In this document: positions 1-9,462 of the stretch, piece by piece | How positions within the stretch are numbered: position 1 is the stretch's first letter | Layout: each line of letters begins with the position of its first letter | Assembly (NCBI GenBank): GCA_964387225.1 | Contig: CAYLVU010000004.1 | Span: forward strand, 233 to 64,232 | DNA from: an uncultured Clostridia bacterium | Lineage (GTDB): Bacteria > Bacillota > Clostridia > Christensenellales > Borkfalkiaceae | DNA: 64,000 nucleotides | Reading direction: 5' to 3' | The notes under the pieces: generated by a model | The model's input: only the letters and a program-made list of their open reading frames with translations | Database searches by the model: none | What the model was told of the DNA's origin: nothing | Made by a program: the position numbers and the translations under genes

Positions 1-33
1 GTTCATCCTGAGCCAGAATCAAACTCTTAAGTT
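1..33 (-). rRNA. rrs: 16S rRNA, 5' end only (gene continues leftwards out of the window)
   Basis: Reverse complement of 1-27 reads AGAGTTTGATTCTGGCTCAGGATGAAC, the conserved 5' terminus of bacterial 16S rRNA. The exact mature end cannot be determined. Confidence 0.9.
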
Positions 34-256
34 TAATTGTTTAAAGCCGGTGCTTGCTAAGTGCACCGACGGCTCTAACTTGAATAAATTCTCGTTATCT
101 TTGCTGACTTTGTTTTGAGTACTATGTTTGCTCAAAAAAATTGACAGAAACTGCTTTTTGTGTTACAAAAAATCGTTTCTTCTCTATTCGATTTTTAATC
201 TGCGACAACCGAACAACAGTCCGGTGCTGACCTGCTTTCGCGAAGTGAGCTTAGTT

Positions 257-286
257 ATTATAACATAGCCGCTCTATCCGTGTCAA
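257..286 (-). promoter_or_regulatory. sigma-A type promoter, proximal rRNA promoter
   Basis: Minus strand reads TTGACA (286-281), 18 nt, TATAAT (262-257), with TG one base upstream of the -10. Confidence 0.6.
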
Positions 287-299
287 GCGTTTTCGCAAC

Positions 300-460
300 T
301 TTTTTTGGATTTTTTAAGAATTTTTTCTTAACTTCCGTTAAAGCCGCTTTCTTTCGGACAGCTTGCTCATTTTAGCACAACAAAATTTCAATGTCAACTG
401 TTTTTTACAACTTTTTTTGAATTTTTTCAGATTTTTTTCGATTTTTTTGTCGGCTCTTTT
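300..460. repeat. helically phased T-tracts (A-tracts on the rRNA-coding strand) just upstream of both rRNA promoters
   Basis: T5-T7 runs begin at 300, 310 and 321, and at 401, 412, 422, 432 and 442. That is every 10-11 bp, in the UP-element position of each promoter. Confidence 0.6.
369..397 (-). promoter_or_regulatory. sigma-A type promoter, distal rRNA promoter
   Basis: Minus strand reads TTGACA (397-392), 17 nt, TAAAAT (374-369). Confidence 0.6.
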
Positions 461-535
461 TCTCCACAATATGTTGTATTTTCCTATCGATTATGATACA
501 ATAACCTTGAAATTATACGTACGGGACGGAACAAA

Positions 536-781
536 ATGAAAATTCTCCAAATCGTTTTTTGCGTGCTTTCCTGCCTTTCGCTTGCGGCGTGCGTGCTGGT
601 TTTTGTCTATGAAGGCTATTGGGGCTTCGTCTGTTTGGGCGCGGCTGCGCTGTTCGCGCTTTTGATGTTCGGGGCGAAAAAAGGCTTCCGCAGGACGCCC
701 GTCCGCAAAAAGACGGACTTCATGAACACGGAGGAAGAAAACAACCGGATCCGCACGGAAGAAGGGCGGAAGCAAGACTGA
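536..781 (+). CDS. small hypothetical membrane protein (81 aa: two hydrophobic helices and a basic tail)
   Basis: ORF track. It has hydrophobic segments and is followed by the hairpin terminator at 814-845. The RBS is weak. Confidence 0.45.
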   Translation: MKILQIVFCVLSCLSLAACVLVFVYEGYWGFVCLGAAALFALLMFGAKKGFRRTPVRKKTDFMNTEEENNRIRTEEGRKQD

Positions 782-813
782 TTCCGATACCTTATTATAA
801 TACATAGCATATC

Positions 814-845
814 AAAAAGACGGGTCGCCATCGACCCGTCTTTTC
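814..845. terminator. bidirectional intrinsic terminator
   Basis: Stem GACGGGTCG (819-827) pairs with CGACCCGTC (832-840), with a 4-nt loop. An A-run lies on the left and a T-run on the right, between convergent genes. Confidence 0.7.
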
Positions 846-853
846 CGTTTCGC

Positions 854-2359
854 TCAGATTCGGTATGTGCTGTTTAAATGAAGCGCCATGCCGCTCTTTT
901 TTCCCATTGCCGTGACGGTAAGTCCCGCCACGTTTTCATGATTGATCCAGGCGGGCATGACGATGCCCGAAAATTCGTCCCCACACAGATCGAGCGCAAT
1001 ATAGTGCGAACCGTACATCCGCCATGTGCCCCGATACGCCCCCTCGAGCGTGCCGTCCGCGCGCAGCACCGTGCGCTTTGCCGTCACCGTATCCGTTCTC
1101 TGCGTGAACAGAACGGCTTCGAACTTGCCCGCCGAAACGTTTAAAAGCTCTTCCGCCGTCACGTTCTGAATTTCCTCGCCCGCGTAGCGATTCGCGTTCA
1201 TGACGGGCCAGCCCTCCGAATTAAAACCGTACTGCCCCAGATAGAGGTAGTGAAAATTATTCGAACGGCTGAGCCCCTTTTCGATGAAATAATTCGTTCT
1301 GCCGTGATAGGCGATGAGATTGACGCCGTCCTCCGTCACGAACAGATCGTTGTGTCCGGGACAGAAGACGTCGACGGCGTTTTCCGCCCAACGGAAGGAG
1401 CCGAGCATTTTGTTTCCCGAGCCGATGTCGGTAGAACAGACGAGCCTGTTTCCGTTGACGTCCGTATAGGGACCCTCGGGGCGTTCGCTGCGGCCGCACC
1501 GCATATTGTACACCGAGGACAGCGAGCCGTAAGAGCACATGAGGTAGTAGAAGTTTTTCTTCGTCCACTTTCCGCGTTCCAGCACGTCCACCCCCTCGTG
1601 ATAGCGGATGACGCCGCCTTCGAGAGAGCCGCAGGCGAGATTGACGCCGTAATATTCGCCGAAGGTGCAGCCTCCGTTTTCAAAATCGGAATAAGACCTC
1701 CCGTCCTTGCGAAGCCCCGTTGCGGGATCGAGTTCGAGCAAATACAGTCCCATTCCGTACGAGCCGTAGACGAGGAACATTCTTCCCTCGGCAAAGAACA
1801 CCTGCGGATCGATGGCGTTGGGCGTTCTCCAGCCCGAAGGCGACTTAACGAGCAGGGAAACGCACGAGAAACCGCCCTCGGGCGAATCCGACTTGGCTAA
1901 GCCGATGCAGGATTTCGAGCCGCCGAAATATCCCGTAAGGCAGAAATACAGCCAGAATTTTCCGTCCGTTCCCCGCACGCAGTGGGGCGCCCAGAAGGAC
2001 ATCGTTCCGTCCGGTCGGGTACACACGCCGTACCCCACCTCCCGCGGGGATGTCACGCACCAGTCGTACGCTTCTTGCAGGTTGCCGTACCCGCCGCCGA
2101 CGGCGTGCTTTTTATACAGAGGCGCGCTTCCCTCGAGCGCAAACGCCGTGCCGAGATATTCAAAGTGCATGAGATCGTCGCTGACGCGGATCTGATATCC
2201 GTCGGGCGCGCCGAAGGTATCGGTGGAATAGGCATAGTACTTCCCCTCCCATTCGAGAAGGGAGGGGTCGTGAGCACAGCCCTCCTGCCACGACGCGTAG
2301 TCGGGAGAGCGCATTTGAAGTTTGTTGAACCGCGGATTGCGCGGATACCGTATCGCCAT
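854..2359 (-). CDS. glycoside hydrolase family 43 (arabinanase/arabinofuranosidase-like), no signal peptide
   Basis: Start set at ATG 2359 (MAIRYPRN...), 5 nt after the upstream stop. GH43-like motifs include HDPSLLEWEGKYYAYSTD, WAPH, IDPQVFF and YNMRCGRSERPEGPY. Confidence 0.85.
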   Translation of the reverse strand: MAIRYPRNPRFNKLQMRSPDYASWQEGCAHDPSLLEWEGKYYAYSTDTFGAPDGYQIRVSDDLMHFEYLGTAFALEGSAPLYKKHAVGGGYGNLQEAYDWCVTSPREVGYGVCTRPDGTMSFWAPHCVRGTDGKFWLYFCLTGYFGGSKSCIGLAKSDSPEGGFSCVSLLVKSPSGWRTPNAIDPQVFFAEGRMFLVYGSYGMGLYLLELDPATGLRKDGRSYSDFENGGCTFGEYYGVNLACGSLEGGVIRYHEGVDVLERGKWTKKNFYYLMCSYGSLSSVYNMRCGRSERPEGPYTDVNGNRLVCSTDIGSGNKMLGSFRWAENAVDVFCPGHNDLFVTEDGVNLIAYHGRTNYFIEKGLSRSNNFHYLYLGQYGFNSEGWPVMNANRYAGEEIQNVTAEELLNVSAGKFEAVLFTQRTDTVTAKRTVLRADGTLEGAYRGTWRMYGSHYIALDLCGDEFSGIVMPAWINHENVAGLTVTAMGKKSGMALHLNSTYRI

Positions 2360-2363
2360 GTGT

Positions 2364-3914
2364 TTACTGCGCGAGCGCCCAGAGGCTTCTGCCTTCCGCC
2401 GACACGGCGGTAATCGTATAGACGGCTTTGCGGTAACTGCTTTTCGCATACATATCCCAGCCGGGCGCGAACACGCCTTTGTACTCGACGCCGCTGATCG
2501 TAATCGTTACATAATAGCCCTGCGAAAGCGTCCAGCTTCCCACGCTGTTGCTGTCCTTTTTCACCGTTCCGTCCTCTTCGAAGGTATAATTCTCCGATTT
2601 GACGTAATCTACAACCGTAGCCACGGAATGAAGCACGACGTCGTAATCGCCGGCGACGTCGGCTACGGACACGAGCCCCGCGGACTCGCCGACATAGGCG
2701 GTGGGCGCCATAACGGGCCAGCCTTCCTCGTTAAAATAGAGCTGGCTCACGGTGAGATTGTGCCCTGTGCTGACTTCACTCATCACGCCGCTGGTGTTGA
2801 CCGTGAAGGAACGGGCATGATAGACGACGAAGTAGCGTCCCTCCTCGTCCTTGATGACGGAGTTGTGCCCGAGCGCGGCAAAGCCCTTCGAAGATCCGTT
2901 TCCGTTCCGGTCGAAGCGATAATTTCCCGCAATCTTGTTGCCCGTGCCCGCAGAGGCAACGTTCGCGCCCGTAACGTCTTCATAAGGTCCGTTCGGATTT
3001 TTGCTGCGGGCGACGCGCATATTGTAGACCGTGTTCAGATCGCCCTCGCTCACCATGAGATAGTAGTATTCCGTCGTGGCGTTGTAAAAGACGAAGGGTC
3101 CTTCCACGCCTGCGGAATAGCCGCCCTTCCAAAGAAGGGTGCCGTTGCCCTGATCCGCGTAGGGAAGTCCCGTTGCGGGATCGAGCGACAGAATATAGAC
3201 GCCGCCGAAGAAGGAGCCGTACACCATCCAGAGATTTCCGTCCTTATCGTAGAAGAGCTCGGGGTCGATGCAGTTGGGACCCGACGAATCTGTATTCGAC
3301 GTACTGTCTATGATGATTGTGTTTTCGGTATACGGTCCCAATACGCTGTCCGCTTCCAGACGGGCGATTGCCGACTGTGCCGAGCCGAACGCCTTCGTGA
3401 GCGAATAATAGAGATAGTATTTTCCGCCGATATACTCCACGTCGGGCGCCCAGGTCGTGTTAATCGACGAATCGGGCTTGACGAGATTGACGGTATCTTT
3501 CATGACGGCGGGCCAGTGGACTCCGCTGTAAGTGTAGCTTTCCTCTCCGTAGAGCACCGTGGAGTCCCCGTCATTCTCCTCCTGCTCCCAGCTGATGAGG
3601 TCGTACGAGGAAGCAACAGCAAAGTGCGAGCCGAAGGCGTAATATTTTCCGTCTTCGGGATCCTGAAAGATCGAAGGATCGTGCACGGAAACGCCCGATT
3701 CGGTGCGCATCGAAGCCTCTGCGGCGGTGGGCAGCACGGCGTCATCGACGGGAACCGCCGCATTCGGCGTCAGCCAAATACTCTCGTTGTGCCAGCTGTC
3801 CTCTCCCCCGTTTTCTTCTCCGCCGCCCCCGCTTTCGCCGCAGGCAGCTAAGAGCCCCGCGGTAAGAACGAGCGTTGCCGCAAGCGAGATGCAAAGTAAC
3901 TTTTTCTTTTTCAT
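2364..3914 (-). CDS. GH43 glycoside hydrolase lipoprotein (endo-arabinanase-like), paralogue of the downstream gene
   Basis: Lipobox signal MKKKKLLCISLAATLVLTAGLLAAC. Motifs include VHDPSIFQDPEDGKYYAFGSH, WAPDVEY, CIDPELFYD and YNMRVARSKNPNGPY. RBS AAGGGGAA. Confidence 0.85.
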   Translation of the reverse strand: MKKKKLLCISLAATLVLTAGLLAACGESGGGGEENGGEDSWHNESIWLTPNAAVPVDDAVLPTAAEASMRTESGVSVHDPSIFQDPEDGKYYAFGSHFAVASSYDLISWEQEENDGDSTVLYGEESYTYSGVHWPAVMKDTVNLVKPDSSINTTWAPDVEYIGGKYYLYYSLTKAFGSAQSAIARLEADSVLGPYTENTIIIDSTSNTDSSGPNCIDPELFYDKDGNLWMVYGSFFGGVYILSLDPATGLPYADQGNGTLLWKGGYSAGVEGPFVFYNATTEYYYLMVSEGDLNTVYNMRVARSKNPNGPYEDVTGANVASAGTGNKIAGNYRFDRNGNGSSKGFAALGHNSVIKDEEGRYFVVYHARSFTVNTSGVMSEVSTGHNLTVSQLYFNEEGWPVMAPTAYVGESAGLVSVADVAGDYDVVLHSVATVVDYVKSENYTFEEDGTVKKDSNSVGSWTLSQGYYVTITISGVEYKGVFAPGWDMYAKSSYRKAVYTITAVSAEGRSLWALAQ

Positions 3915-3990
3915 AAAGTTTCCCCTTTTATTACGTTTTTCAGAAACAAACGGTGCGGAAAACCCGCACCGTCTTTTCCGTTTTCCTGTT

Positions 3991-5046
3991 TTACTCTTTC
4001 GAACCGGTAAGCATAAGCGATCCGATGATCGTCTTCTGGAAACAGGCGAAGAGAATGATGACGGGCAGCACGCACACCACCGACGCGGCGATGACGGGAC
4101 CGTAGTCCGCGTTGTTGCCGTAGACGATATTCATGTAGTACATTGCGTGCGGCAGATTGATCCACTCGTTTTTCGCCTGCGAAATGAAGATGTACGATCC
4201 CATGTAGTTGTTCCAGCAACCCATAAAGGAGAGGAGCCCCTGCGCCATGATCGCGGGCAGTGCAAGCGGAAGAATGAAGGAGCAGAAGATCCTGAAATAT
4301 CCTGCGCCGTCGATCTTCGCCGCTTCGATGATCGAAGTGGGAAGTCCGAAGAGGAACTGACGGATGAAGAACGCCGTCATAATCGAGCCGAACAGTCCCG
4401 GAACCACCAAGACCGCCCAGTTGTTGAGGAAGCCGATATCCTGATACATGGCGTACTGCGTCGTCATGATAGAGGGACCGGGGACCATGATCGCGGCAAG
4501 CAGGAAGAAGAAGACCTTATTTCTGCCGATCCATTGGATCTTCGCGAACGAGAACGCCGCGGAAGCGGAAGTGATGACGCCCACGACGACGGGCACAATC
4601 GAATAGAAGAGGTTGTTGAGGAGCGCTCTCCAGTAGGTGAACCCTGTCGCGAAATAAGTGGCGCCGTCGCCGTTCGAGGTAAAGCCTCTCGTAAAGAGCT
4701 CCGAATAGTTGTAGAAAAACGTCTTTCCCGCATCTACCGTGGAGTACTCCGGCCACCAGATAAGGCTTTCAAGGTATTGCGACTTCCAGGTGTTGTCGTT
4801 GGTAAAGGCGAACGAGCCCGCAAGCATCCACCAGAAGGGGTACACCATGAGGAATGCCCCGAACAGCAGGATAATGTAGGTGAAGATGTCGCCGACGAGC
4901 TTGGCGCGCTTTTTGCTGGCGTTGTGCGTCTTGGACGAGAAACCGAAGAAGGCGAGCACCGCACCGACCGCATAGCGGAAGGAGGAGTATTCTTTTTTCT
5001 CTGCGGACGTATTGTTCGCGTCCTGAATCATATCTTGATTTTCCAT
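3991..5046 (-). CDS. carbohydrate ABC transporter permease (MalG/BPD_transp_1 type)
   Basis: Start set at ATG 5046 (MENQDM...). Multi-pass membrane protein with EAA-loop-like IIEAAKIDGAGYFRIF. Confidence 0.85.
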   Translation of the reverse strand: MENQDMIQDANNTSAEKKEYSSFRYAVGAVLAFFGFSSKTHNASKKRAKLVGDIFTYIILLFGAFLMVYPFWWMLAGSFAFTNDNTWKSQYLESLIWWPEYSTVDAGKTFFYNYSELFTRGFTSNGDGATYFATGFTYWRALLNNLFYSIVPVVVGVITSASAAFSFAKIQWIGRNKVFFFLLAAIMVPGPSIMTTQYAMYQDIGFLNNWAVLVVPGLFGSIMTAFFIRQFLFGLPTSIIEAAKIDGAGYFRIFCSFILPLALPAIMAQGLLSFMGCWNNYMGSYIFISQAKNEWINLPHAMYYMNIVYGNNADYGPVIAASVVCVLPVIILFACFQKTIIGSLMLTGSKE

Positions 5047-5059
5047 GACCTTCCCCTCC

Positions 5060-6235
5060 TTAGTCCTTTTTCCTCGAATCCAGCCAGAACTGGAAGAGCG
5101 TAAGAACGAATATGATGACCGCAAGGAAAATACCGTAAGCCGCACCTGCCGAAGGATAAGCCGTCGTCTGCGTTCCCGAGGTACTGAGACCGTAGTTCCA
5201 GATGAGGGAGACGTATCCCGACGTGTAGCTGCTTTCGCCGAAGAGCAGAACGGGCTCGGCATAAATTTGCAGACCGCCGATGACGGAGGTTACGATATTG
5301 TAGAAGATGGTGGGATAGAGGTCGGGCATCGTGACCTTCCAGAAAATCTTCCAGCCGCTCGCGCCGTCGATTTGCGCCGCTTCCTTGGTCGCCGCGTTGA
5401 CGCCCGAGAGTCCCGCAACGTAGAGAATAATCGTTCCGCCGAGACCCTTCCACACGGACATGATGACGATGACCAGTTTTTGGTAGAAGCCCTGACACCA
5501 GAAGGGATCGCGCATAAACGCCGACGAGCTTGTTTGATTGGTGAGGCTGTTCCAGGACATTTGACCGTACAGCCAGTTGAACCCGTTTGAGCCGATCAGA
5601 CTGTTGATAACACCCGACTGGTTGAACATGAGTTTGAAGGTATAAACAATCGATATCGAGCTCGCGACGCAGGGTATGTAGTAGAGCACGCGGAAGACGT
5701 TTCCGCCCTTGATGTCGCGCGACATGCAGACCGCAAAGAACATGGAAAGAATCATGCCGATGGGAATACCGATCATGTAGAAGACGGTATTAAAGAGATA
5801 TCTCCCCATCTCGTTGACCACGATGTCCGAAGTGCTCTGCGACCACGTCGTCATGGTAAAGATCTGTTTGTACCAGTAGAGTGCATCCGGAGTTGCCTCG
5901 GCGCCCGGTATGGGAAGCCCCGTAATAGGATCGGTTACGGGCGGTGTATAGATGTGTTCGCCCAGCTCGGCAATAAACTGACCGATTGTTCCGTTATATC
6001 CCGCCGCACCGATCGAATAATCGGTAAACGAGATCAGGATCGCCATGACGAACGCCACGTAGATGAACCAAACCGTACCCACGATGAGCGGGATACAGAA
6101 GACCCATCCCCATAGATTGTCCTGCAGCTTCTGCTGGTTGACGCGCCGTTTCTTTTTCGGCGGCACTGCGGACTCTTCGACCGCGTCCTGCGCGGCTACG
6201 ACGTCTTCCGCTGCGGCAGTCGTAATTTCTTCCAT
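5060..6235 (-). CDS. carbohydrate ABC transporter permease (MalF type)
   Basis: EAA-loop-like TKEAAQIDGASGWKIFWKVTMP. Strong RBS AAGGAGG upstream of ATG 6235. Confidence 0.85.
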   Translation of the reverse strand: MEEITTAAAEDVVAAQDAVEESAVPPKKKRRVNQQKLQDNLWGWVFCIPLIVGTVWFIYVAFVMAILISFTDYSIGAAGYNGTIGQFIAELGEHIYTPPVTDPITGLPIPGAEATPDALYWYKQIFTMTTWSQSTSDIVVNEMGRYLFNTVFYMIGIPIGMILSMFFAVCMSRDIKGGNVFRVLYYIPCVASSISIVYTFKLMFNQSGVINSLIGSNGFNWLYGQMSWNSLTNQTSSSAFMRDPFWCQGFYQKLVIVIMSVWKGLGGTIILYVAGLSGVNAATKEAAQIDGASGWKIFWKVTMPDLYPTIFYNIVTSVIGGLQIYAEPVLLFGESSYTSGYVSLIWNYGLSTSGTQTTAYPSAGAAYGIFLAVIIFVLTLFQFWLDSRKKD

Positions 6236-6313
6236 GATTTCCTCCTTATAATATCCTCTCGAAAATTCTTATCTCTCCCGCGCTTCGGCGGGAGAGATAA
6301 GCCGCGTTCCGAA

Positions 6314-9175
6314 TTACTTCATATCCGTATATTCGCGGTTGATCGCCTTTACAAGGTTGCTACGCGAAGCCGCAGCCTGACGGAAGCAGAAGACGGCGGG
6401 CGTCTCGTACAAACGCGTTTCGGCGTCCGCGGGATTATACTTGACGTAGGAAGCAAAGTTCGCCGTCGTAAGCGCGTTGCCGTTTGCGTCCTTCAACGGA
6501 ACCTGCTTGTTGTCGTAGGCAAGAATCGAATTAACCTGACGGGAGTCGAGGTCGCCCATCCACGTCGTATCGTAGGTGTACATACTCGAATCGCGCACCG
6601 CGTTGAGTCCGCACTGCATTCTGATGTTGAGGTCGCGGTCCGAACGGGTATAGGTGACCATTCTCAGGATCTTCATGGCAAACGCAATACCGGTCGTCGT
6701 GCTGGAAACCGTGTCTTTGAGCGCGGTGTCCGCATAGGTCGAATCGTATTTGATGGCGGACCCGATCGCGCTGTTTGCGTTATACGCCGTCTGCCACGTG
6801 CCGCTCTGGTAGTTGCTGATGAACGTGCTGACCGTCTGTTCTGCGGTGCTGCCGCCTTCATTTGCCGCGGCTGCCATAGCGATAGCGAGCTGGTAGTACG
6901 CCGTCCAAATCGCGTCCGCTTCCGCCTTGCCCGTGCTGTTCACCGTTCCGTCGGCATTATAATAGCTCGTCGTGGAGAAACCCTCGGGCGTGATCATATC
7001 GCAGAAGGCGCCGTTTTGCTGATAATCGGAGGACTGATAGTTGAAGAACTCTTCGCACTGTTGGACGAAGTTGGGAAGCTGCGCGCCGCCGTAGGTGAGC
7101 GTAACCTGCGCGTCCTCGTTTGCCGTGAGCGCAAGGCAGAGGGAAACGGAAGCTTCCTTCTTCCATGCCGACTCTTCGGAATAGGTTTTTCCGGTGATCG
7201 TTTCCTTATCGACGACCGCATACCCTACGGAGTCCATACGGGCAGCCCACTTGTCCTGCCGCTTGCTCTGGTTGGCAATAATCTCTTCCGAATTGTAAAT
7301 CTTTTTGCCCGCGCTCTTGTCCGAACGCTGCGCGTCGCCGTAGCTGGTGCTCGACTCTACGTCGTCGGGATCGTTGCTGTATTCCTGCATCTCGTAGTTC
7401 GCACCCTTGATGTTCGAATAGAGCGCATATTTTTCCGCGATGGGCATGGGCATCTGACCGAACTGGAAGGTGTAGTAGTCGTAATCGTTTCTGGTTGCGG
7501 GGTCCCAGGAACCTGCTCCGTAGAAGAGGGAGCGTCCCGCACGGAAGTAGGACCAGCCGTTAACGCCGTCGGGACGGTTTTGGTCGGTATCGCCCATGGG
7601 GTTGCCGTTCCAGTCCGAACTGAGGGCAAGGAAAGCGCCGTACGTCTCGATAAAGTTTTCGCTGTTGCAGCCGTACTGAACGGCGCGGGTAATCTTCTGT
7701 CCGGTAATCGTCATTTTTTCAACGTCGTTCGTCGCCGTTCCTGCGATTTCTCTCCAAAGCTCCGCGCTCGCAATATTCAATTCGCTCACATTCTCGGAAA
7801 CAATCGCGCCCGAGCTGTTGAACTGCGTGCAGTACTGAGAGGTTGCGTCGATGAGGTCGGCGTCGTTGGAGGAGAGCCAGGGAAGGAGATAGAGCGGGCT
7901 GCCGTCCGATCCCTCATACTGCTCGCCGCCGTATACGGTGTAGAAGCCGGGCGTGCTGCCGGTGCTGATATAGACGCCGCCCGTTCCGTTGGTGATATCG
8001 CCCTCTGTGTTGCCGTTGCCTGCCTGCCAAGAGAAGGTATTGAGGAAGTAGCTCGTCGCCCACAGCATCGCGCTGTATTCGGCATACGTGAGCACGATGT
8101 GTCCCGTCTTATAGTCGTACGAGGCGTCCGTGTTCTGATAGCTGCTGTCCGTGATCGAGAAGGTCTCGTCCGGGAAGCCGGGAATCGTCACCGTGTAGCC
8201 CTTACCGTTCGTATAGGTCTGGCAGAGGAGCGCCATGGGATCGCCTCCGGCAAGCGCGGTCTGGAAGTCCGTGAACCGATAGAAGTTGAACGGGTAGTAG
8301 GTGGTGGGAACGCCGATGTTGATAAGGGGCGCCGCTTCGCCTTCCGTTACGGTCAACGTTTGACCCGTGTAGGGATTGGTATACGTGCCGCTTGCGGCAT
8401 AGACGACGCAGGAGTTCGTGCCGGTAGGTCCTCTTCCGCTGAACGCACTGTAGCTCAACTTCGAGGTGAGCTCGCCCGTGCCTTCGCCCTTGGGTCCTTG
8501 GACGGTGCGGGCGGTTGTCGCCTTCGTTGTCGTATACAGTTGTTTGAGCGTATCGGTGAAGAAGAGACGGTTGAAGCCCATCGAGAAGTTGGAATAGTCC
8601 TTGGGAAGGGCATAAAGTCCCACTTTCTCGTTGCCGCTCGCGGTGTAGTAGCCCGCGCCGTTCGCGCCGTTTGCATTGTAAACGATTTCCTGCCCCATCG
8701 TATAGGTTGTTTGCCCCTTGATGTAGCCGTAGTAGTTAATGCTGTTCGACCAGAGCGACGTTACGGAGGCGTAGTCGTCCTCGTCGAGATACTCGGTCAG
8801 GTCGAGAATTCTTCCCTTCTGCACATACGCCTTCACGTATTTGGGCGCAAGATAGATGATATCCGACGCGCTCTCGGGGTTCTGCCATACGTTTGCGAGC
8901 TGGGTATAATAGTCGCTTTTGTCGAGGTTGTTGTCGACTTTCGCCGAAATATTCGTACCGTGCTCTTTGTTGTACTGGGCAGCCCATTCGTCGCAGATGC
9001 GCTGGTTGGTATCCTTATCCGCCGCATTGCAGTAGATATAGACGCTCAGCTGCGTGGGATTGCTGTCGCTGATCGTCTCCCCGCCGCCGCAGGCCGTCGC
9101 GCCGACCGCAACGCCGACCGCCATGACGGCAGAGAGCGCCACGAGTCCGGCATTTCTCAATAGCTTCTTCTTCAT
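6314..9175 (-). CDS. very large (953 aa) extracellular solute-binding lipoprotein of the ABC system
   Basis: Start set at ATG 9175. Lipobox MKKKLLRNAGLVALSAVMAVGVAVGATAC. The N-terminal region resembles family-1 sugar-binding proteins. It is the first gene of the operon. Confidence 0.7.
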   Translation of the reverse strand: MKKKLLRNAGLVALSAVMAVGVAVGATACGGGETISDSNPTQLSVYIYCNAADKDTNQRICDEWAAQYNKEHGTNISAKVDNNLDKSDYYTQLANVWQNPESASDIIYLAPKYVKAYVQKGRILDLTEYLDEDDYASVTSLWSNSINYYGYIKGQTTYTMGQEIVYNANGANGAGYYTASGNEKVGLYALPKDYSNFSMGFNRLFFTDTLKQLYTTTKATTARTVQGPKGEGTGELTSKLSYSAFSGRGPTGTNSCVVYAASGTYTNPYTGQTLTVTEGEAAPLINIGVPTTYYPFNFYRFTDFQTALAGGDPMALLCQTYTNGKGYTVTIPGFPDETFSITDSSYQNTDASYDYKTGHIVLTYAEYSAMLWATSYFLNTFSWQAGNGNTEGDITNGTGGVYISTGSTPGFYTVYGGEQYEGSDGSPLYLLPWLSSNDADLIDATSQYCTQFNSSGAIVSENVSELNIASAELWREIAGTATNDVEKMTITGQKITRAVQYGCNSENFIETYGAFLALSSDWNGNPMGDTDQNRPDGVNGWSYFRAGRSLFYGAGSWDPATRNDYDYYTFQFGQMPMPIAEKYALYSNIKGANYEMQEYSNDPDDVESSTSYGDAQRSDKSAGKKIYNSEEIIANQSKRQDKWAARMDSVGYAVVDKETITGKTYSEESAWKKEASVSLCLALTANEDAQVTLTYGGAQLPNFVQQCEEFFNYQSSDYQQNGAFCDMITPEGFSTTSYYNADGTVNSTGKAEADAIWTAYYQLAIAMAAAANEGGSTAEQTVSTFISNYQSGTWQTAYNANSAIGSAIKYDSTYADTALKDTVSSTTTGIAFAMKILRMVTYTRSDRDLNIRMQCGLNAVRDSSMYTYDTTWMGDLDSRQVNSILAYDNKQVPLKDANGNALTTANFASYVKYNPADAETRLYETPAVFCFRQAAASRSNLVKAINREYTDMK

Positions 9176-9433
9176 TCCTTCTACCTCTTTAAAATAATCT
9201 CTCGTACCCGAAATCGCCCGCGCCCTTCCGCCGTTTGGGGGTTTGGCAAGAAAAAAGGCATCCGTCCGATTATCGGAAGGAAATGCCGGCAAAAAGAATA
9301 CCGAAAACGAAAAAAGTCCGCTCTTTTTCCACTCCCCTTCCGTAATATCCGAAAAAAAGAGTGCGCAAAAAAATTAGCGAACCAACCTCGTATTCATGAC
9401 TTTCCCCCTGTCGTCATTTCTTGTACTGGAATA

Positions 9434-9462
9434 ACTATACCACATGATTTTGGCTTTGTCAA
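9434..9462 (-). promoter_or_regulatory. sigma-A type promoter of the sugar ABC/GH43 operon
   Basis: Minus strand reads TTGACA (9462-9457), 17 nt, TATAGT (9439-9434). This leaves a leader of about 250 nt. Confidence 0.6.

Noticed and set aside
1-27. The 16S 5' end reads GATTCTGG where many Firmicutes have GATCCTGG.
   Set aside because: A single-base variant in a short partial fragment cannot be interpreted without the full gene or other rrn copies.
2322-3851. A 509-aa ORF on the + strand. It represents many long ORFs lying antisense to clear genes: 7016-9163, 23112-24719, 29462-31162, 34035-35933, 40917-42455, 43816-45090, 45262-46866, 46863-48842, 58172-59974 and 60176-61552.
   Set aside because: Each lies fully antisense to a gene with strong family motifs. 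Their translations are Arg/Gly/Ala/Pro-rich and low in complexity, with no recognisable motifs or RBS. This is the typical stop-codon-poor antisense frame of a GC-rich genome.
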